In this document: piece by piece, positions 56,866 through 64,000 of the stretch | Numbering within the stretch: the stretch's first letter is position 1 | How the letters are laid out: every line of letters begins with the position of its first letter | Assembly (NCBI GenBank): GCA_965248575.1 | Contig: CBDFJQ010000002.1 | Coordinates: forward strand, 2,176,001 to 2,240,000 | DNA from: Planctomycetota bacterium | Lineage (GTDB): Bacteria; Planctomycetota; B15-G4 | Direction: 5' to 3' | Length of the DNA stretch: 64,000 nt | Made by a program: the position numbers and the translations under genes | The notes under the pieces: model-generated | What the model saw: only the letters and a program-made list of their open reading frames with translations | Database searches by the model: none | What the model was told of the DNA's origin: nothing

Positions 56866-58725
56866 ATGCCTCGACATTCTCGCCTCCGCGTTGTGCCAGC
56901 CCTCTGCATGCTCCTTCTCTTTCTGAGCCAGGGGCTGCTTGCGGGCACTGTCTCGCCACTCGATGCCAACCTTCGATACGGCGGACGCTGGGACACCTCG
57001 AACCGGGCACAACCTTGGTGCCAAGCACAAGGCTCGTCCATCACCATCGGCTTCACCGGCTCGAGCCTTGGCGCCACCCTCAACGTGTCCGGCGGGGAGT
57101 ACTTCCGCGTTGTCTTGGATGGCGATCACGAGAACTCCACCAAGCACTCGTTCACTTCGGGCCTGTCCCTGTCCCTCGTCAGCGGCCTCACAGCGGGTGC
57201 TCATGTCGTCGAACTCGTGAAGGAGACCGACGTGGGGCGCGCCACCCTGCACTCGTTCGAAATCGACGATGGCGAGACGAGCGTCCCTCCCCCCCCACCT
57301 CTGAGCCGGCGCATCATCTTCTATGGCGACTCCAACCTGGCGGGCTACTCGCTCGAGAGCGAACGGAATCAGGGCGGTTCGCACCTGGTGGGTTGTCACT
57401 TCGGCTATGCCGGCATCACGGCGCGCATGTTCGCGGCCAACTACCAGAACATCTCGCGCAGCGGCGCCACCATCTCCAGCCTCAACGCGCGCTACGACCG
57501 TGTGGACTGGAACAGCAACTCACCGAGCTGGAATTTCTCCCAGGAACCCGCTGACGTCGTCGTGGCGAATATCGGTGCCAACGACGCCTTCCAGCCCAAG
57601 GCCGTGAACAAGGCCCGCTATCACGACCTCCTGGATGACCTCCGTGCATCGCATCCCGCAGCACATATCATGCTGTTCAACGCCTACGGATGGGACGACG
57701 ACGAACCCGCGAACTACACCCACGAAGTGATCGCCGAGCGGGGGGATCCACAGATGTCGTCGGCCGTCTTCCCGTGGGTCTTTGAGCAGTATCATGGTTG
57801 CCAGACGGACCACGCAGGCATGGCGGTGGTGCTCGCAGCGCACCTCTCTTCGGTGATGGGGTGGGTGGCCGGAGAGCCCGATGTGATGAGCGGCTACGGC
57901 GTTGGACCTGAGCCAGCCAATGGGAGCTTCGAGCACGTGGCGCCCTTCGGGGGATGGGGTTGGCGCTACTTCGATGACCCTGGAGTGTCTCGCGTCATAG
58001 ATGCCGCCGAAGCCCGTGAAGGCAGCGCCTACCTTCGGCTCACCAACGGTGCGTCCTCCCATCAGACCAACCCAGCCGGTGAGGGGGAACTGGTGGCGGT
58101 CGCTCTGTGGATGCGTGCCGACAACCCAGGCGACACGGTGGACGTGTCGCTCAGCTTCCGCGATCAGAACGGGGGTGGCGAAGTGAATGCCCCCCTCGCC
58201 CAGACGACGGAGACCATGACACTGTCCAGCAGTTGGCAGCGCTTCACGCTCTCGGCCACCGCACCGACGGGGGGAGCCAACCCCATCTACAGTGCGCGCG
58301 TGAGTTTCACCGCGGGCAACGGTACCGCGGTGGACATCGACGACGTAGGCTCGAACCCCTGGACCGACCTGGGCGGAGGAAGCCCCGGTTTCGCTGGTGT
58401 GCCCAGCCTCGTCGCCGACGGCCCTCTCGTGGCTGACACAACAACCACGATGCGCCTGAGCAACACGCCGCCCTCCACGCTCACCCTGGCTTGGATCTCC
58501 TTCAACCCAAGCCCCTTCCCCGCCCTGGGGGGGGCGGTGCACGCTTTCCCCTACGCAAGCCAACTGTTCGTCCCCACCAGCCCGGCAGGGACGTGGACCG
58601 GCGTGACAACATGGCCCAGCGGCATCGCTTCGAGCACGGAAGTCTGGTTCCAATTTCTCGTCAGCGACCTCAGCAGCGTTCACGAAATCACGCTGTCGAA
58701 CGGACTGCTTGCGACAGTTCCCTGA
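56866..58725 (+). CDS. secreted SGNH/GDSL esterase (CE2-like) with a carbohydrate-binding-like domain and the conserved C-terminal domain
   Basis: YGGRW, FYGDSNLAGY, NIGAND; NGSFE...WQRFT jelly-roll; WTDLGGG...TVP. Confidence 0.85.
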   Translation: MPRHSRLRVVPALCMLLLFLSQGLLAGTVSPLDANLRYGGRWDTSNRAQPWCQAQGSSITIGFTGSSLGATLNVSGGEYFRVVLDGDHENSTKHSFTSGLSLSLVSGLTAGAHVVELVKETDVGRATLHSFEIDDGETSVPPPPPLSRRIIFYGDSNLAGYSLESERNQGGSHLVGCHFGYAGITARMFAANYQNISRSGATISSLNARYDRVDWNSNSPSWNFSQEPADVVVANIGANDAFQPKAVNKARYHDLLDDLRASHPAAHIMLFNAYGWDDDEPANYTHEVIAERGDPQMSSAVFPWVFEQYHGCQTDHAGMAVVLAAHLSSVMGWVAGEPDVMSGYGVGPEPANGSFEHVAPFGGWGWRYFDDPGVSRVIDAAEAREGSAYLRLTNGASSHQTNPAGEGELVAVALWMRADNPGDTVDVSLSFRDQNGGGEVNAPLAQTTETMTLSSSWQRFTLSATAPTGGANPIYSARVSFTAGNGTAVDIDDVGSNPWTDLGGGSPGFAGVPSLVADGPLVADTTTTMRLSNTPPSTLTLAWISFNPSPFPALGGAVHAFPYASQLFVPTSPAGTWTGVTTWPSGIASSTEVWFQFLVSDLSSVHEITLSNGLLATVP

Positions 58726-59030
58726 AGACGTGGTCCACCTGACAACCCGAGCTCCATGACCTACGACCGTCGTGCCCGTCGTACGGCCGTGCGGTCCCAT
58801 GGCGCCAAGTCGTGACGAATGCGTCGCCACAATCAGCGCATGACAGCCGAGTTCTTGTGCCTCCCGTTTCGTCGGATCCGACCGTTCAGGGACGACAACA
58901 CCCTCGGATCACGTGGGACTTTGTTTTTCCGACCCTCAGGAAGTCATAGCTGACCGTGCGCAGCTCGCCCTCAGGAGCTCTCTTCCGAGCACCTCATTCC
59001 TTCAGTTGCCATCGGAGATGAACGACGCGC

Positions 59031-59522
59031 TCAGACGCGCACCCCGGCCGCTCTGCAGCGCTCGACGATGTACTCGAGCGACTCCTGCGGCACCTGCGCG
59101 GGTGGGATGAAGACGCTCTGCATCTCGAGAATCTCGATCAGCCAGACGTCGTGATAGCACCACAGGCGTCGCAGTCCGTTCCACTTGAACGAGCTGCGAC
59201 TCGTGTCGAACACGACCGAGAACCCGTCCTCGTCGAGTTCGTAGCGAATCACGCCGCTGGGCGATTGCAAGGACCAGAGTGCGTGCAAGCGCATCGCGAT
59301 CCTGGTCAAGAGCCGGTGGAAGACCATCACGATCATCGGCGCGCCGCCGAGGCACACGCCGGTCATGTAGAGCTCCCAGTGTCCATTCACGAAGCGCATC
59401 ACGATCCCCAAGACCAGCAGCAAGCCGCCAATGACGTAGCCTCTCCACAGGAAGTCGCGACGCATCGCGTTCTTCAGAAAGGCCACGTCGAATGAGAAAT
59501 CGAACTGATGCACGTGGGCCAT
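59031..59522 (-). CDS. YcxB-like membrane protein
   Basis: Two TM segments, then YELDEDGF...SSFKW...FIP. Confidence 0.7.
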   Translation of the reverse strand: MAHVHQFDFSFDVAFLKNAMRRDFLWRGYVIGGLLLVLGIVMRFVNGHWELYMTGVCLGGAPMIVMVFHRLLTRIAMRLHALWSLQSPSGVIRYELDEDGFSVVFDTSRSSFKWNGLRRLWCYHDVWLIEILEMQSVFIPPAQVPQESLEYIVERCRAAGVRV

Positions 59523-59588
59523 GGCGCCGACTATACATCGAGGCCTGGGTGTCTCATCCTTCGGCAGCATCGCAGCCCGGCTCCAGAG

Positions 59589-59808
59589 CACGAGTTGGGC
59601 GTCGCTCCCGTGCTCACGCCGTACCGGGCACAAGACTGCAACGCGTTCGTCCAACGGTTCGTTCGCTCGATCAAGGAGGAGTGTGTGGGTCGGATCATCT
59701 TCTTCGGTGAACGTTCACTCCGTCGGGCAATCCGTGAGTACGCCGAGCACTACCAACTCGAGCGACCTCATCAAGGGATCGGGAACCGGGTCATCGAGCG
59801 GGGTGAGA
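59589..59808 (+). pseudogene. integrase core (rve-like) C-terminal fragment
   Basis: PYRAQDCNAFVQRFVRSIKEEC...FGERSLRRAIREYAEHY..ERPHQGIGN; no N-terminal portion. Confidence 0.85.
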
Positions 59809-59824
59809 ATCGGCGACAGCGGCC

Positions 59825-62611
59825 TCAACCGTCGTCCAGCAGCTCCTGCCATCCCAAGATGACCGAGATCGGCCCAACCGCTGCGACGTCGCTGTCGAGG
59901 AACGCGAAGCCGATGGTGTTCCCCTTGTTGTCGGGGATCGGTTCGTAGTTGCGGTCTAGGTTCCACGGCGTCTGGAACAGCGCCTCCGGCGACGAGAACG
60001 AGAAGGACTCGCCGCCGGTCTCCACGTCGACAGCGATGATCACGCCGGTGTCGGTCACGTAGAACAGCTCGTCGCCGGAGGGACTCCAGCGCGGTTCGTA
60101 GCCGCTGTTCTCGGACACGAGCCAGCGGCCCTCGGGCGGGCTCCCGGGCCACGCGGGCGGGAAGGCGATGACGAACACCGACTCGCCGTCGCTCAAGTCA
60201 CCGTAGGCCAGCCACCGGCCGTCCGGTGAGACCTGGCCGAGGTGTTGCGGGCCGGGCGCGATCACCAAGGGCACGTCCGGTCCGCCATCGAGCGGAACGG
60301 CGATGACATCGTTCTTGTCCGAGACCAGCTTCGTGTCGGTCGTGACGATCAGGAACCGCCCGTCCGGCGTCCACGAGTGGGGGTGCTCGACCCCACCTTG
60401 GCTGTCGCGCACCAGGGTCTCGGAGCCGCCGCCGATGCGCTTGCGGTAGATGCCGCCCGGGCGCGTTTCGTCCCCGTCCCAACGGAAGGCGATCTCTTTG
60501 CCGTCCGGTGACCACACGGGCAGGTACTCGGCACCCGGCAGGAACGTCAGGCGTTGCGGCGCCGGCACTTTCAGACGGCCTGCCACGATGTCTTCCTGGT
60601 CCTGGCCGTTGAGTGCGCGCGCCGAGTACAGCCAGATGTCGGTGAAACCGTCGGGCGAGAGCACTTCTGTGGCCAGCATCTGGCCGTCGGGCCGCAATGA
60701 CATGCCGAACATGGGCGTGCCAACGGCGTATTGCGTGACGGGGCGGCCGTCGTACGACCAGTACGAGACGCGATCCCCGGGCGCCCTGTCGTAGGACTTG
60801 CTGCCCGGATCGTCCGTCGTGGACGGCAACCGGCTGAGCACCAGGACACCGGTCGGGCTGGCGGAGAACTGGCCGTGCCAGGTGGACGCGTCCGGCGCCA
60901 GGCCTTTGGCGAGGGTGGTAGCGCGCCCACCGAGCGTTCCGGTGTCCGGGTCGATTGGCGTGGCGAGCAACGAGTGGTTCTTCACGTGCAGCAGCATGCC
61001 GCCGATGACCTGGGCGCTGTAGTGAGAGGACATCACGCGGCGCGGAGGCTCGCTGCCGTCCAGGCTTCCCAGGTAGAGCCCGTTGTTGTCGTTCGCGCCG
61101 ACGACGGCCGTCACAGCCGAGAACACGAACCGGTCGGTGCCCGGAATCATGCTCGGCCAGCGGTGGCTGGTGTGCATGTCGGGGTCGCGGATGGTCAGCT
61201 CGACGGGCGCCCCGCTGCCGTCGGCGTCGACCAGGAACAGGCACGAACGGAAGTTCGGCGCGTACAGGATGCGGCCGTCCCCGGTGAAGGCCCCGCCACG
61301 GGCGTCGCCCGCCTCCGTGACGCGACTCACCGTGTCGGTGCTCAGGTCGTAGCGGCGGAGCGAGTGGTCCGCAAAGTAGCCCAGCTCCCGGCCGTCGGGG
61401 CTCCAGAACGGGAAGGTCGCGTTGTCGGTGCCGAGCAGTTCGCGCGGCTGGAGCTCGTCGAGCCGCCGGGTCCACAGTCGGCGGAGGCCGTCGTCGCCTA
61501 CCGCGACGAACGCGATCGTGGTCCCGTCGGGCGAGACGGTGGGCGGGCCGGAGAGGTCGCCCGCGAACAGGATGCGGGCGTCGCCGGGCGCCTCGATCGA
61601 CAGGTGCATCGGGCCGGGGAGGCCCGCCGCGCCGCCCGCGGTCTGCTGCCAGACCAGCGCCAGCAGCGAGGCAACGAGAGCGACGCCGGTGATCGCGAGC
61701 CAGGTCCGCGCGCGCAGCAGGTGGGGTGCCGCGTCCGTGCGCGCGGCAGTTCCGCCGGAGCCCAGCGCGGCGCCGTCGGGGTCGTCGAACAGCAGGCGCG
61801 CCTCGCCGACATCGCGCAGCCGCAGGCGCTGGTCCTTGACGAGGCAGCGACGCAGCAGGGTCTCGACGGCGGGCGGAAGGGCGGGCAGCGCACTCCAGTC
61901 GGGCTCGTGCTCGAGCACGGCGGCCATCACGTCCGAAAGGGTCTCGCCCCGAAAGGCGCGCTGGGCCGTCAGGCACTCGAACAGCACGCAGCCGAACGCC
62001 CAGACGTCGACGCGTCGATCGATGGGCCGGCCCCGGGTCTGCTCGGGAGCCATGTACGTGGGCGTGCCGAGCAGGCGCCCGGCCTGCGTCGTGAGCACGC
62101 TGTCCGAGCCGTCGCCGTCTACCTCGTCGCCGTGCGCGGACCTGGCCAGCCCGAAGTCGAGCAGCTTCACCTTGCCGTCGGGCGTGATGCGCACGTTCGC
62201 CGGCTTGAGGTCGCGGTGGATGATGCCGGCGTCGTGGGCCGCCTCCAGCCCGTCGGCGATGCGAGCGCAGACGGCCAGCGCCTCGTCGAGCGGCAGCGGC
62301 CCGCGCGCGATCCGATCTTCGAGCGTCTCGCCCGGCACGAGCTCGAGTACCAGGAAGCACAGGTCATCGTCCTGATCGACGTCGTGGATCTGCGCCACAC
62401 AGGGATGGTTGAGGCTGGCGACCGCGCGCGCCTCACGCTCGAAGCGAGCCAGCCGCTCCTCGTCCTCGGCGAAGGGGGCGGGGAGGACCTTGACCGCCAC
62501 CTCGCGCCCGAGCCGCGTGTCGCGAGCGCGCCAGACCTCGCCCATGGCTCCAGCGCCGAGTGGGGCCAGAATCTCGTAGTGGTGAAGGGTGGAGCCGGGG
62601 GCGAGGGACAT
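59825..62611 (-). CDS. Ser/Thr protein kinase with C-terminal TolB/PD40-like beta-propeller
   Basis: GAGAMGEVW, HRDLKPAN, DFG, YMAPE, a TM segment, and repeated WSPDG motifs. Confidence 0.93.
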   Translation of the reverse strand: MSLAPGSTLHHYEILAPLGAGAMGEVWRARDTRLGREVAVKVLPAPFAEDEERLARFEREARAVASLNHPCVAQIHDVDQDDDLCFLVLELVPGETLEDRIARGPLPLDEALAVCARIADGLEAAHDAGIIHRDLKPANVRITPDGKVKLLDFGLARSAHGDEVDGDGSDSVLTTQAGRLLGTPTYMAPEQTRGRPIDRRVDVWAFGCVLFECLTAQRAFRGETLSDVMAAVLEHEPDWSALPALPPAVETLLRRCLVKDQRLRLRDVGEARLLFDDPDGAALGSGGTAARTDAAPHLLRARTWLAITGVALVASLLALVWQQTAGGAAGLPGPMHLSIEAPGDARILFAGDLSGPPTVSPDGTTIAFVAVGDDGLRRLWTRRLDELQPRELLGTDNATFPFWSPDGRELGYFADHSLRRYDLSTDTVSRVTEAGDARGGAFTGDGRILYAPNFRSCLFLVDADGSGAPVELTIRDPDMHTSHRWPSMIPGTDRFVFSAVTAVVGANDNNGLYLGSLDGSEPPRRVMSSHYSAQVIGGMLLHVKNHSLLATPIDPDTGTLGGRATTLAKGLAPDASTWHGQFSASPTGVLVLSRLPSTTDDPGSKSYDRAPGDRVSYWSYDGRPVTQYAVGTPMFGMSLRPDGQMLATEVLSPDGFTDIWLYSARALNGQDQEDIVAGRLKVPAPQRLTFLPGAEYLPVWSPDGKEIAFRWDGDETRPGGIYRKRIGGGSETLVRDSQGGVEHPHSWTPDGRFLIVTTDTKLVSDKNDVIAVPLDGGPDVPLVIAPGPQHLGQVSPDGRWLAYGDLSDGESVFVIAFPPAWPGSPPEGRWLVSENSGYEPRWSPSGDELFYVTDTGVIIAVDVETGGESFSFSSPEALFQTPWNLDRNYEPIPDNKGNTIGFAFLDSDVAAVGPISVILGWQELLDDG

Positions 62612-62724
62612 GGGGGGAGGTTGCTGGACGCGGGACACGGGGGGGCGGGGGTGACCTTCACCCCAACCACTTCCCCCACCACTCTACGATCTGCCCCGAC
62701 AGACGCCTCTTCATATCAGCCGGC

Positions 62725-63023
62725 CCCGTCCTGTCCAGAAACTCGGCCAGCGGTGATCGGGCAGCCTTGCGAGACACGAAGCGTGAATTCAACGTGTTCG
62801 ACCGGAGGACGCCGGCCGAAATCGATGGAGGAACAGCCGCGAATGAGTCCGTGGCGATGGACACGAACATCGCCGGCTTGGCGCGGAGTCAGGATGACGT
62901 TGGTACCCGTTTCGCTGAGGGGTGCGTTCCAACTGCGAGGTGAACTTAGCGTCGCGTCCGGCGACCAAGAAGCGGTGTCCCGCGATGCCCTTACGACTCG
63001 ACTGACTTCCTGGACAGGACGGC
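62725..63023. mobile_element. ~300 bp MITE-like element with imperfect 24 bp terminal inverted repeats
   Basis: Left end identical to 41221-41244; right end GACTGACTTCCTGGACAGGACGGC at 63000-63023 (19/24). Confidence 0.7.
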
Positions 63024-64000
63024 CTGGGACTCTACGGGCGCGCGGAAGCGTTTGCCCCACCGCATCAGCGGGCGCTCGATCACGTAGTAGGACCCGATCG
63101 CAATGGCAAACGTCAGCACGATTCCGATCGCGACGGCCCCGTCCCCGGGGGCATGCGGGTCATCGGCCAGCATCCGCACCTTGCGGAAAATCGGATAGTG
63201 GTAGAGGTACAGCCCGTAGCTGATGCGACCAATTCCGCGCAGCACGCCCGTGCGCAAGACGATGCCCCAGGGCGTGGCGCTGCCGGTCGTACCGACTGCG
63301 AGCATGACCCAGGCAGTTGCGACCGCGGGCACGCTGAACAAGCGGAGTGCAACGAGCAAGTCACGCGGCTTCACGCCGTCGGGCGCCACGTCGAACATCA
63401 TTTGCATCAGGCCGAGTGAACTCAGCGATTCCTGCGACAGCAAGAGTGCGAAGCCAATCGTCGCCAGGAGCAGGACCACGAGGCGCTTCCCAGCGCGGCG
63501 CAGCGCGGCCTCGTGGTACGCGAGCAAGGAGCCCGCGCCCAACGCACCGATGCGCGTCGTCGAACCGTGCATCAACAGTTCGCGCATCCGCTCCGGGTGC
63601 GCGACCCAATCGCCGAAGGCGAGCGCCGCGAGACACGTGGCGATGGTGATCGGAAACGCCACGAACAGGATGACGCGCCGGCTCGCCCGCGTCGTCAGCA
63701 GAATGACGATCGGTGACCAGATCAAGTAGAACTGCTCCTCGACCGCGAGCGACCATGCGTGCGACATGTAGCTCGCCCCGTGCATGAACAGGAAGGCGTA
63801 GTTCGTCGTGTACGTCGCGCACGCCACGATCTCTTCCCACATCATCGTTGGGACGAGGACCGCGAGCAGCAGGTAGTACGTCGGGAAGATCCGAAGGAAG
63901 CGTCGCGTCAGGAAGTCGCGCAACGCGTGCGGCGTCTCGCGATCGACCAACAGGATCCGTGTGATCAGGAACCCGGACAAGACGAAGAACAGGTCCATGC
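62991..64000 (-). CDS. acyltransferase family 3 (OafA-like), 5'-truncated by the window
   Basis: DLFFVLSGFLIT, RRFLRIFP, WSLAVEEQFY, GRISYGLYLYH, IERP. Confidence 0.92.
   Translation of the reverse strand, partial: MDLFFVLSGFLITRILLVDRETPHALRDFLTRRFLRIFPTYYLLLAVLVPTMMWEEIVACATYTTNYAFLFMHGASYMSHAWSLAVEEQFYLIWSPIVILLTTRASRRVILFVAFPITIATCLAALAFGDWVAHPERMRELLMHGSTTRIGALGAGSLLAYHEAALRRAGKRLVVLLLATIGFALLLSQESLSSLGLMQMMFDVAPDGVKPRDLLVALRLFSVPAVATAWVMLAVGTTGSATPWGIVLRTGVLRGIGRISYGLYLYHYPIFRKVRMLADDPHAPGDGAVAIGIVLTFAIAIGSYYVIERPLMRWGKRFRAPVESQAVLSRKSVES

Noticed and set aside
58841..58940. Possible further element ends (GCCGAGTT, CTCCCGT, TTTTCCGACCCTCAGG)
   Set aside because: Matches are too short and no inverted partner could be paired with confidence.
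60198..63223. 720 aa and 830 aa ORFs overlapping the kinase
   Set aside because: Alternative-frame and antisense shadows with no recognisable motifs.

Overview
High-GC bacterial window; gene content suggests a planctomycete-like organism (inference from an ECF sigma/Ser-Thr kinase pair, sulfatase-like proteins, HEAT-repeat and carboxypeptidase-regulatory-domain proteins). Positions 1-39.1 kb are core-like: an ECF/kinase pair, a complete minus-strand histidine operon with fusions (hisG, hisC::HAD phosphatase, hisB, hisH, hisF, hisA::hisI::hisE, hisD), and many envelope or secreted proteins. A tRNA-Gln(TTG) lies at 39200-39274. Downstream is an accessory region built as a tandem array of cargo segments. 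The segments are separated by three copies of a junction module made of the tRNA 3' end (CCGGGGAACCA) preceded by one or two 53-58 bp units, followed by a conserved flank. Cargo includes two paralogous, permuted four-gene minor-pilin/pseudopilin sets bracketed by a 1.18 kb direct duplication, and several small inverted-repeat elements, some retaining integrase fragments. No intact integrase is present. Four unrelated proteins across the window end in the same ~121 aa domain, a candidate sorting or anchoring signal. All calls come from reading the sequence and recognising motifs; no database searches were run.
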